In this document: positions 19,101 through 28,992 of the stretch, in pieces
Layout: each line of letters begins with the position of its first letter
Position numbering within the stretch: the first letter of the stretch is position 1
From: an uncultured Planctomycetota bacterium
Lineage (GTDB): Bacteria > Planctomycetota > Planctomycetia > Isosphaerales > Isosphaeraceae
NCBI GenBank assembly: GCA_963823665.1
Contig: CAWGMQ010000008.1
Coordinates: 1,312,001 to 1,376,000, forward strand
Length of the DNA stretch: 64,000 nucleotides
Direction of reading: 5' to 3'
Notes under the pieces: model-generated
Seen by the model: the letters and a program-made list of their open reading frames with translations, nothing else
What the model was told of the DNA's origin: nothing
Databases searched by the model: none
Made by a program: the position numbers and the translations under genes

Positions 19101-19835
19101 TCAAATATGAGGCGAGGGAATCGAGGCGGTCACGAGGTGAGTCGAGACCCACGGTCCACCCCACCAGAGCCGGATGCCGAGGCCGCGACGGGTGACGTTG
19201 TTCATTCCTCGTTCGATAAGCCGTCTGTGATATCGGCGGGTGGCGAAGATGTCGACGATGAGGAGCCGGCCGCCGGGGCGGAGGACGCGGATCGCCTCGT
19301 CGATCGCTCGGTCACGACCGGCATTGCGTTTGATGTTATGGATCGCGAGGCTGGACACGACCACGTCGAAGGTGTCGTCAGCGAAGGGGAGGGCCGTCAT
19401 GTCTGCGGTGTGCAACTCGATCCGGTCGGCCACGCCTTCGGCGATTGCGTTGCGGCGCGTGGCTTCGGCGGCGTTTCCGGACTGGTCCTGCTTTCGCCAG
19501 ATGTCAACACCGACGGCTCGACCATCCGGCACGCACTGGGCTGCCATCAGCAAGACGGCGCCGCGGCCGCAACCGAGGTCGAGGATCTGCTCATCGCCGC
19601 GAAGCCCGAGGCCATCGAGTAGCTCTGCCCAGACGACGAATTTTCCCCTGAGCGACGCATAAAGGCCAAAGCCCGCACAGGCCGCCAGAAACACTGCGGC
19701 CAAGTAGGGCCACACGGAACCGGAGTGCCATCCCTCGAGGATGTTGACCAGGATGAAGAAACCGAAGAAAGGCAACAGGTATGGCGCGTCGATGCCGTAG
19801 AAACCTTTGCGACGAGCGCGAGCGGCTGGACGCAC
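19101..19835 (-). CDS. Class I SAM-dependent methyltransferase with N-terminal TM segments
   Basis: YGIDAP, ILDLGCGRG, GVDIW, ADMTALPFADDTFDVVVS and RVLRPGG. Confidence 0.92.
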   Translation of the reverse strand: MRPAARARRKGFYGIDAPYLLPFFGFFILVNILEGWHSGSVWPYLAAVFLAACAGFGLYASLRGKFVVWAELLDGLGLRGDEQILDLGCGRGAVLLMAAQCVPDGRAVGVDIWRKQDQSGNAAEATRRNAIAEGVADRIELHTADMTALPFADDTFDVVVSSLAIHNIKRNAGRDRAIDEAIRVLRPGGRLLIVDIFATRRYHRRLIERGMNNVTRRGLGIRLWWGGPWVSTHLVTASIPSPHI

Positions 19836-19942
19836 GTTGGAATCTCCGGAGGCCGGATTCTGTGGCTCGCGGGAGCGATTCTACGGTGCTATTCGCTGAG
19901 AACTCGGTGACATTTGGGAGTCGAGCCACGCTTGAACGGCTT

Positions 19943-20111
19943 TCATCTGAGGTGCATCTGGTCGCCGACGGCGTATGCTTCTCTCAAGAAGCTTTCAAAC
20001 TCCGCGTCGATCTCGGCGGGCGAAGTGAGGCGGAAGTGGTGGACTTCGATTGGCGAACGACCGGCGGCATTCCGGGCATTGCCAGAGTGGACGCTCTGAT
20101 CGCGGTGGCAT
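19943..20111 (-). pseudogene. Internally deleted DUF5655-like gene remnant
   Basis: N-terminus MPPRSERPLWQCPECRRSFANR is joined out of frame to the C-terminus VHHFRLTSPAEIDAEFESFLREAYAVGDQMHLR*. Confidence 0.65.
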
Positions 20112-20465
20112 CGATGTTGCACTTGTCATGCTGGTTGGGAGAAGCACTCTGGAAGCCGGGCGGAGGCGCGGCGAGTCTCATTCTATCGCGGACGTTTACT
20201 ACGAGCGCCCCACAACCCGACGAAGTGCCCGCGACGGTAGCTGCACAGATGTGCTATGCTAGAGGTTGCGGGTGCAATCACTGGAAAAGCCACACTTTCG
20301 GTCAAAATTTAGAACGGACGCGAAACGGGGAACGTAGGAAAGATCAACGGGAGCGCACGAGACCGCGGGCAGCACCAGGGCGGGAAGGCCTTGTCAACGC
20401 CGGATCAGAGCACGACCCACGACACTGAACCAACAGCATCCTGCGACGGGCAGCGGGAGGGAATC

Positions 20466-22493
20466 ATGAAACCGCGATTCTTCAGTTATGTGAGTGCGTT
20501 TGCGGCATGTCTTGCGCTCGCGGTGGGCGCGGGGCCCGTTTATGCCCGCCACGGTGGTGGAGGGCACGGCGGTGGCGGTGGGCATGGTGGCGGTGGTGGG
20601 CACATGGGCGGGGGCGGCGCCCATTTCGGCGGTGGTGGTGCACGGATGGGTGGCGGCGGCGGTTTTCGGGGCGGGGGTATGGCCGCGCCCCGGAGTTTCG
20701 GCGGGATGAACCGCGGGTACGCCGGTGCGCGATCGTTCGGAGCACCTTCGATGGGAATGGGCCGGATGCCGTCCATGGGCATGAACCGCGCGGGTTCCAC
20801 GGGGATGTCTCGCTCGTTTGCTGGCTCAGCGGCCGGCCGAGGATTTGGAGTCAATGCGGCGGGGCGCAACGCTTACGGCGTTGGAGCACGGGCGCCCATC
20901 AATATGGGAGCGCGATCGTTTGCTTCGTCGAGCTTCGGGCGCGGCGGGATGGGCGGAACGGGCTTTACGGGGGCGCGGGGCGGGTACGGTCTGGGTACAC
21001 GTGCGCCGATCAACGGCGGGGGACTGGGGGGTAACCGGTCTGGATCCGGGCTGACGGCGACGTCGTTCAATCGAGCTGGACTGGGCAACAGCTCGCTATC
21101 TGTCAATCGCGCCACGTCAATCAACAATTTCAACCGGACCAGCATCGGTGGCGTGGGGAACGGAGGCTTCGGACGCTATGGCCGCGGTTACGGGGGAGGA
21201 TACGGACGCGGTTATGGCTATGGCGGCTATGGTGGATATGGGCGCGGATACGGCTACGGAGGTCTTGGATACGGGGGTCTCGGGTACGGAGGTCTTGGAT
21301 ACGGAGGTCTCGGGTACGGGCTGGGAGGATTCGGGCTCGGATTCGGCCTCGGAAGCCTGCTGGGGTTCGGCCTTGGCGGGTACGGCGGATATGGTGGGTA
21401 CGGTGGATACGGTGGATACGGAGGTTACGGCGGGTACGGCGGATATGGGTACGGTGGATATGGCGGGTACGGTGGGTATGGTGGGTACGGTGGATATGGT
21501 GGGTACGGTGGGTATGGATATTCACCTTGGATGTACGGGCCGTCGCTTTACGATTGGGGTTACTCGAGCTATTACAACCCCTACTACAGCGGGGGATATG
21601 GCTTGAGCACCGGTCCGGCGGTCTACGACTATTCCCAACCGATCGCCAGCCAAAGTATCGCTCCGGAGCCGGCGGCGACCGACCCGGCGACGACGAGCTT
21701 CGACGCGGCGCGCGACTCGTTCAAGGCGGGGGATTACCCTCGAGCGCTCGATCTTGTGGACCAGGCGATCAAACAGATGCCGAATGAGTCGCCACTGCAC
21801 GAGTTTCGAGGAGTGACGCTTTTTGCCCTGGGCCGATACACCGACGCGGCTGTGCCGCTTTATTCGGTGCTTGCGGTTGGACCGGGGTGGGACTGGGCGA
21901 CGTTCATCAGTCTGTACCCGAACGTGTCGATTTATACCGATCAGCTACGGCAACTGGAAAGCTACTGCAGCACGAATCCGGCGTCGGCGCCGGCTCGGTT
22001 CGTCCTGGCGTATTTGTATCTGACCCAGGGAAGCACGAGCGCGGCGGTGCAGACGCTCAAGCGGGTGGTCGCTCTCCAGCCGAAGGACACGGTCTCGACG
22101 CAGCTCCTGAAGCGGATCGACCCGAGCTATGCACCGTCGGCGGAGAGAGCTGAACCGGCACCGCCGCCGGCGCCTGCTGGCCTGAAACCGACCTCTGGAA
22201 TTATCAAGGAAGGGCGATTTGAGGGTGCGTGGACAGCGCAGCCGGACGAAGACACGAAGATCAACCTGACGTTCCTGGATGCGGGGAAATTCCTCTGGAA
22301 AGTTGATCAGAAGGGGAAGAACCACGTCATTCAAGGCCGGATGACTTCGGGCAATGGTCTGTTGACCCTGGCGCAGGACCACGGGCCGCCGATAGTCGGC
22401 AACGTGACTTGGGCGGATGAGTCACACTTCCAGTTCAAGGTGCCGGGGGCGGCGGCCGAGGAGCCGGGCCTGACGTTCGCGAAGGCGCTGTGA
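20466..22493 (+). CDS. Secreted Gly/Tyr-rich low-complexity protein with TPR domain and C-terminal beta domain
   Basis: Signal peptide MKPRFF...GPVYA, about 330 aa of Gly/Arg then GGY repeats, and TPR segment FDAARDSFKAGDY...HEFRGVTLFALGRY...RFVLAYLYL. Confidence 0.85.
   Translation: MKPRFFSYVSAFAACLALAVGAGPVYARHGGGGHGGGGGHGGGGGHMGGGGAHFGGGGARMGGGGGFRGGGMAAPRSFGGMNRGYAGARSFGAPSMGMGRMPSMGMNRAGSTGMSRSFAGSAAGRGFGVNAAGRNAYGVGARAPINMGARSFASSSFGRGGMGGTGFTGARGGYGLGTRAPINGGGLGGNRSGSGLTATSFNRAGLGNSSLSVNRATSINNFNRTSIGGVGNGGFGRYGRGYGGGYGRGYGYGGYGGYGRGYGYGGLGYGGLGYGGLGYGGLGYGLGGFGLGFGLGSLLGFGLGGYGGYGGYGGYGGYGGYGGYGGYGYGGYGGYGGYGGYGGYGGYGGYGYSPWMYGPSLYDWGYSSYYNPYYSGGYGLSTGPAVYDYSQPIASQSIAPEPAATDPATTSFDAARDSFKAGDYPRALDLVDQAIKQMPNESPLHEFRGVTLFALGRYTDAAVPLYSVLAVGPGWDWATFISLYPNVSIYTDQLRQLESYCSTNPASAPARFVLAYLYLTQGSTSAAVQTLKRVVALQPKDTVSTQLLKRIDPSYAPSAERAEPAPPPAPAGLKPTSGIIKEGRFEGAWTAQPDEDTKINLTFLDAGKFLWKVDQKGKNHVIQGRMTSGNGLLTLAQDHGPPIVGNVTWADESHFQFKVPGAAAEEPGLTFAKAL
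21180..21520 (+). repeat. Degenerate 9- and 15-bp coding tandem repeats (GGY / GGLGY)
   Basis: Runs such as ggtggatac ggcgggtac ggtgggtat, with synonymous variation between units. Confidence 0.85.
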
Positions 22494-22521
22494 ACGAATA
22501 GATCGGATTGAAAGTCCGAGC

Positions 22522-22553
22522 AGCCGGGCCGCAAAACCGATGGCGGTCCGGCT
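22522..22553 (+). terminator. Hairpin downstream of the Gly-rich gene (possible terminator)
   Basis: AGCCGGGCCGC / GCGGTCCGGCT inverted repeat; no U-tract. Confidence 0.35.
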
Positions 22554-22660
22554 TGCACCGATAGAGGTGTGAAGCAGCCATTTTCACTCGATCTGGATCA
22601 AACCCGGACGGACGAAGCACTTCCAGCGGGCGGCCGCGGCGGCCGCGGCGCCTGCGCAGG

Positions 22661-24106
22661 GTGTTTCGCCTGGCGCAGGTGCGGCTGCGGGTGCCGATCG
22701 TGCTCATCTTCGCGGCCTTGATCGCCGGCGAGTGGGACGTGATCCGGAACTACTGGGGCCGGCTGACGCGGGTGTTCCATTCCGAGAGCATTGCCCGGCA
22801 GGCTGTCTCGAGCGACACCGAGTACTTCTGCCCGATGGACCCGGGGGTGGTCTCAGACTGGCCGAGCAAGTGTGGCGTCTGCAACATGGCGCTCGTGAGA
22901 CGGAAGCGAGGGGAAGCGCTGGCGCTGCCGGATGGGGTGGTGGCGCGGATGCAGCTTTCGCCCTACCGAATTCAACTGGCGGGCATTCAGACGGTGCCCG
23001 CGTCGTTCCGCGCGCTTGAGAGGGAGTACGAGCGCTCCGGGCTGGTGTCAATTGATCACGGAAAGGCGGTAATGGTCGTCGAGATTCCGGTGAGCCAGGC
23101 GTCGTGGGTCGGAGCAGGGCAGGGGGTTTCGCTCGAGTTCCCGGACCTGGCGGGTCTGGAACCCGTGGGCGGACTGGTGCGGAGTGTGACCGAAGAGACG
23201 GACGGGGGATGGAAGCGGCTGTGCGCGACGATCGAGATGGCGGCCCCAGCCGGCTCCGTGCGCGAGGGTTTGCCAGTCGTCGCGAGATTCAAGGCGCCGG
23301 TCTGCGGGATGGAGCCGTTTCGATCGATGCCGCAGGATCCGCCGCCCGTCGCTGCGTCAGAACCGCGCACCGTGTATATCTGCCGGGACCATCGTGGCAC
23401 GATCGCCCTCGTTCCGGGGAAATGCCCGATCGATCAGAACGCGAGGGAGGCGACGGCGCTTCTGGAATCCCAGCGCGTTCGGTACTGGTGTCCGATGCAC
23501 AAGGCGGTGACGGCGGATCGCGGTGGCGAGAAATGCAGTGCTTGCGGCGGCATGGAGCTAGAGCCGCGGGTTGTCTCGTTTCGGCCCGCGGGACAGGTTC
23601 TGGCCGTGCCTCGCTCGGCGGTCATCGACGGAGGCACGCAGAAAGTGGTTTTTGTCGAGAGCATGCCCGGGATGTTTGACGGCGTGGAGGTCGAGGTCGG
23701 GCCGCGGTGCGGCGAATTCTACCCGGTGGTGCGGGGTCTTGAAGCCGGTCAGCGAGTTTGCATCGCGGGCGCGTTTTTGCTCGATGCCGAGACGCGACTG
23801 AACCCGAGCCTGGCGGCGGCCTACTTCGGCGCGGGGCGGAGCGAGCATCATTCCGGGTCTGCGAGCAACGTGACGGCGCGGAGCAAGGACCAAACGGCGG
23901 ATGGGCTTGCCGGCCTGACGGCGGAGAATCGGACGATCGCGGAACGACAGAAGAATTGCCCTGTGACGGAGAAGCCGCTGGGCTCGATGGGAAAGCCGGA
24001 GCGCGCCGTTGCCGGAGGGCGGGTGGTGTTTCTGTGCTGCGATGGCTGCAAAGGCGCTCTCGAGCGTGATCCCGAGAAATACCTGGCGAAGCTTCCGAAA
24101 CCATGA
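22661..24106 (+). CDS. CusB-like heavy-metal RND periplasmic adaptor with multiple metal-binding domains
   Basis: YFCPMD...CGVCNM, YICRDH...CPID, YWCPMH...CSACGGM, LAVPRSAVID...GLEAGQRV...GAFLLDAE, and C-terminal CPVT..PLGSMG...FLCCDGC. Confidence 0.85.
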   Translation: MFRLAQVRLRVPIVLIFAALIAGEWDVIRNYWGRLTRVFHSESIARQAVSSDTEYFCPMDPGVVSDWPSKCGVCNMALVRRKRGEALALPDGVVARMQLSPYRIQLAGIQTVPASFRALEREYERSGLVSIDHGKAVMVVEIPVSQASWVGAGQGVSLEFPDLAGLEPVGGLVRSVTEETDGGWKRLCATIEMAAPAGSVREGLPVVARFKAPVCGMEPFRSMPQDPPPVAASEPRTVYICRDHRGTIALVPGKCPIDQNAREATALLESQRVRYWCPMHKAVTADRGGEKCSACGGMELEPRVVSFRPAGQVLAVPRSAVIDGGTQKVVFVESMPGMFDGVEVEVGPRCGEFYPVVRGLEAGQRVCIAGAFLLDAETRLNPSLAAAYFGAGRSEHHSGSASNVTARSKDQTADGLAGLTAENRTIAERQKNCPVTEKPLGSMGKPERAVAGGRVVFLCCDGCKGALERDPEKYLAKLPKP

Positions 24107-24177
24107 TTCCGCGACGGACGCGGCGCGAGCATTCAGTTTGCTTGGAGCGCACAGGGCCGGCGCATTAGAATGGCGAC

Positions 24178-27100
24178 ATGATCGACGCGATCATCACCTT
24201 TTCGATCCGGCACCGAGCTCTCGTGATCGGCGCGGGGCTTGTGCTTGCGCTGCTGGGAGCATTGGCGGCGCGGGAGACTCCGGTCGACGCGATTCCGGAC
24301 CTCTCGGAGAACCAGGTGATCGTCTTCACCGCGTGGAAGGGACACGGGCCGCGCGAGATTGAAGACCAGGTGACCTACCCATTGTCGCTGGGCCTCTCGG
24401 GACTGCGCGGGTGCGGGTGGTGCGGTCGTCGAGCGACGTCGGGTATTCGATGATCAGCGTGATCTTCGAGGACGGCATCAGCTCGGCGGAAGGGCGGCGG
24501 CGGGTTGGCGATCGGCTGGCGCGTGTGCAGGCGGAACTACCCGAAGACGCGCGTCCGGAGCTGGGACCGGACGCGCCTGCGACCGGTCAGATTTTCTGGT
24601 ACACGGTCGAGGGAGGGGGTCTGGACCTGGGCCGTCTGAGGGCGATCCAGGATTGGTATGTTCGCCCGCAGATTGCGTCGGTGCCGGGAGTGGCCGAGGT
24701 AGCGAGTGTGGGAGGGTTTCCGATCGAGTACCAGATCGCGCCCGACTTGAACCGGCTCGGGCTTTACGGGCTGACGACGCGGGACGTTGTCGAGGCCCTT
24801 TCGCGATCGAACGCCGCAGCCGCGGGGCACGTGATCCACAAGGGAAATGCCGAGTACGTGGTGCGAGGCGTTGGCTGGGTGGGAGCATCGAGCGAGCCTG
24901 GCGACGAATCATTCGACTCGAGCCGGGCGCTCGCGGACCTGGAAAACGTGGCGGTGGTGCGACCGGCCGGGGGCACGGTCCGGCTGGGCGACGTTGCGGA
25001 GATCGGGCTGGGGCCGGGGTTCCGGCGAGGCGTGCTGGAGAAGGACGGCAATGAAGTGACCGGGGGAGTGGTGCTCCTGGCCAACGGCGAGAATCCGCTT
25101 GAAGTCACGGGGCGGATCAAGGCCAAGATCCGGGAGCTCCAGACCGGCCTGCCTCGCGGCGTGCGGATCGTACCGTTCTATGATCGGACGCCGCTCATCG
25201 AAGGGGCGATCGGCACGGTCACCCGTACCGTCATCGAGGCGATTGTCTCGGCATCGCTCTGTGTGCTCCTGATCCTGTTGCACGTGCGTACGTCGCTGGT
25301 CATCGCCAGCACTATTCCGCTGGCTGCGCTCTCATCGTTTCTGATCATGGCGGTGCTGCGGAGACTCTCGATCGTGGACGTTCAGGCCAATGCGACGTCA
25401 CTCGCGGGTATCGCCATTTCGATCGGCGTACTGGTCGATTCCTCGGTGGTGATGGCCGAGAACGTGATGCACCGCCTGCGGGAGCAATTCGGGAACCGGG
25501 TGGTGCGTGGAGACGTGAGCGCCATCGTGCTGCAGGCCTGCCTGGCGGTGGGACGACCGATCGTGTTCTCGGTGGCGATCATGGTGCTCTCGTTCCTGCC
25601 CGTGTTTGCCCTGGGCGGGATCGAGGGAAAGATGTTTCACCCCATGGCCTACACCAAGACGTTTGCCCTGGGCGCTGTGGCGATCCTGGCGATCACGCTG
25701 GTGCCGGCCTTGTGCACGATCTTCATCCGGGGGAAGCTGCGCTCCGAGACGGATAATCCACTGATTCGCGGCGTGATCGAGGTGTATCGCCCGGTGCTTT
25801 CGTATCTGATTGACCAACCGGCGGCGCTGGCGTGGGTGCTGGGAGTGACGTTTCTGCTGGGGTTCATTCCTCTGGGCAGCCGGCCCCTGACGGTGGCGAT
25901 CCTCGTGGTGGCGATGGTGGCGACGGCGTTACTGGTCAGGGCGTGGGTCTGGGCGGTGGTTCTTCCGATGAGCCTGCTCACGGTGGCGCTCATCGCGGAC
26001 CAGTCGATGAAGCCGCTCGAGCGCGAGTTCATGGCGCCGCTCGATGAAGGGATGGTGATGGACATGCCGATCACGGTGCCGCGAGCCTCGGTGACGGAGT
26101 CGCTTGACGATTTGAAGGCGCGGGACATGGTGCTCTGCCGGTTTCCCGAAGTCGACATGGTGGTCGGCAAGGCCGGGCGGGCCGAGACGCCGACCGACCC
26201 GGCGCCCCTGGACATGATCGAGACCATGGTGAATTTCCGACCGCGAGAGCTCTGGCCACGGCGGAAGCTTGGCGTCGCCGACGCGCTCTCGCAAGGCCAT
26301 GCGGTCTACGACGCGCTCGTCACCCGCGGCGTGCTCGGTCCGCCGACAACGTCCGCGGCCGAGGACGAGCTGATCGAGCAGTCGGTATCAGCCGCGGTTG
26401 TGCTGTTCGACGCGGCGAGCCGCGAGTACGCCTACCATCGATATCAGGAGATGCTGCGTGAAACGGGGGGGGTTTCCCCGAGCTCGAGTGCATCCGTCGT
26501 CACCCGAGGAAGCGCGGGTAGTCGCGCCGTGGCAGCATCACGTGGAGCTGGTCGACGACGAGTTGATCACGCGGGCCGCGCCGCTCTTTACGCGGCTGGT
26601 GATGGAGCAGCTTCTCGACCACGGGCGAATCACCGACTCCGGAGTCGTGCTTCATCACAAAGAGGCGGCCCTAGTGCGCGCGGCAGGAATTGCGGCCGCT
26701 ACTCGCCACATGCAATCGCCGGGCGCAGGTGGCCATCATCATGGCGGGGAAGCGCCGTCTGCATCGCGGCCGATCCTCGAACCCCACCCGGTGCTGGACG
26801 CGGTTCAAGATACATTGTCGAAGCGATTCAGCCGGCGGCTGATGCTCTGGAAGGCCGATCGAACATCGCTGGCGGCCTTTGGCGGAGAGCTCGACTCGGC
26901 TGTTTCGATGCCGGGATGGACGAACGTCTGGACGATGCCGATCCAGAATCGCGTCGACATGCTTGCAACAGGTGTGAACACGCCGATCGGCATCCGCGTG
27001 CTGGGCCGAAACCTTGACGACGTGATCCGTGGCTCGGAAGAAGTCGCGCGTCTCGTCAAGCCGTTGCGAGGGGCGGCCGACGTGGTCGCCGACCCGATTC

Positions 27101-28173
27101 GAGGCAAGCCGTATATCGAAATCCGGATCGACCGCGCTCGCGCCGCTGCACTCGGTGTGAGCGTGGGCGAGATCAACGATGTGATCGAAACAGCACTGGC
27201 CGGCAAGGTGGTTGGAACCACGGTCGAGGGACGCGAACGGCATCCGATCGTCGTTCGATGCGGACGTCGCTGGCGTGAAGACGAGGAATCGATTCGCAAT
27301 CTGCCTGTGACGGCTCGAGGGCCGCTCGAATGAGCCGGGTGACCGAGCCCAGAGGGCTTCGATCTCCAAGGAGGTGCCACTGGGCGAGGTGGCGAAGGTA
27401 GAGGTGGTTCCTGGACCCGCGACCATCAAAAGCGAGAATGGACTCTTGAGGAATTACGTGCGGATGAACGTGAGCGGACGCGACGCTGCCGACTTGGTCG
27501 CGGAAGCGCGCCAGGTGGTGGCGCGAGAGGCCAAGAGGGCAAACTACCCGCCGGTGTTTTCATCGAGTTCACCGGACAGTTCGAACACACGGTCCGTGCG
27601 CGACGCACACTGCTCGTGGTCGTGCCGATCGTGGTTGCGCTGATTTTCCTCATCCTGTACTTCACGTACCACGACCTGGCCGACGCGGTGCTGATGATGC
27701 TGGCTGTGCCGGGCGCGATTGCCGGGGGGCTGTTCTTTCAGTGGCTACTGGGACTCAAGCTTTCGGTCACCGTGTGGGTGGGCTACATCGCGTGTTTTGG
27801 AATGGCCACGTCAACCGGAATTATCATGCTCGTGTATTTGCGTGAAGCGATCGCAAAGGCGGGGGGGCTGGACCGGATGAGCCTGCGCGAGCTGCGAGCG
27901 GCGGTGCTCGCCGGCGCGGTGCAGCGGCTGCGGCCCAAGCTGCTGACCGAGGGAACAGTCGTGCTGGGGCTGGCACCCTTGCTCTGGGCCAGCGGCGTTG
28001 CCTCCGAGATCATCCGTCCGATGGCGGCGCCGGTTCTGGGCGGTATTCTGGTGGCTGACGAGGTGATCGACCTGTTTCTACCGGTGCTCTTTTACTGGGT
28101 GCGCCGCCGGCGATGGCAGCGGCTGCACGCAGGGACGATCGTCGTGGAGACCGAAGTCGAGGTTGTCGCGTGA
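24178..28173 (+). CDS. cusA: CusA/CzcA-family heavy-metal RND permease, split by 4 frameshifts (about 24408, 26470-26500, 27330-27370, 27535)
   Basis: DAIPDLSENQVIVFT, EDQVTYPL, LGPDAPATGQIFWY, FYDRT, GIAISIGVLVD, PIQNRVDMLATG, IKSENG, VGYIACFG and RLRPKLLT, spread over five consecutive ORFs. Confidence 0.88.
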
Positions 28174-28206
28174 TCGAAACTCCTTTTGTGAGAAAGGTTT
28201 ACATTC

Positions 28207-28978
28207 GTGAGTAAACGCATCTTTGATCTTTCCGGCCGCGTGGCGCTCGTGACGGGCGGGAGCAAGGGCCTGGGCAAGGCGATGGCCCGCGGGCTTGCCG
28301 AGGCCGGAGCCGATATCATCATCTCCAGCCGGCACGAGGACGAACTGCAGGCCGCTGTCGCCGCGATCGGCGCGGGGCTGGGGGTGCGGGTCAAGTACGT
28401 GGTGGCGGACATGTCTCGCCGGACCGAGGCATCGCGCCTCGCCGGTCTTGCCACTGAAGCGATGGGTAAGGTCGACATTTTGATCAACAACGCCGGCACC
28501 AACAAGCCTCAGCCCATCGACCAGATCGAAGACGACCTCTGGGACGAGTTGCTCGAGCTGAACCTCAGCTCGTGCATGGCGCTCGCACGCGCGCTGGCGC
28601 CGGGCATGAAGGAACGGAAGTGGGGCCGGGTGATTCACATCTCGTCGATCATGGGCCACAGCTCGGCGGCTGGTCGCAACGCGTACTCTGCGACCAAGAC
28701 GGCACTGCTGGGTCTGGCTCGAGCCAGTGCGAACGACCTGGGCCCGTTCGGCATCACCGTCAACTGCATCGCGCCGGGGCCGTTCTTGACGGATCTTCCG
28801 GTGAGCCTGCTTTCGCAGGAGCAGCGAGACGACTTCGCCCGCCGAACGGCGCTCCTGACGGTGGGGACAGCCCGAGGAATTGATCGGTCCGGCGCTCCTG
28901 CTTGCGAGTGACGCCGGCAGCTACATCACCGGCACGTGCCTGACCGTCGACGGCGGATGCCTCGCAAAGATCTTCTGA
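28207..28978 (+). CDS. Short-chain dehydrogenase/reductase (SDR); frameshift near 28858
   Basis: [24 protein letters not shown]. The shifted frame continues [33 protein letters not shown]...IF*. Confidence 0.9.
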
Positions 28979-28992
28979 TTCGGATTCTGGCA

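Noticed and set aside
21180..21520. Short tandem repeats as CRISPR or non-coding satellite
   Set aside because: They are in-frame Gly/Tyr codons with synonymous variation and no unique spacers.
27331..27333. Selenocysteine or read-through TGA in cusA
   Set aside because: The downstream homologous sequence is in another frame and a second TGA follows, so this is a frameshift rather than read-through.
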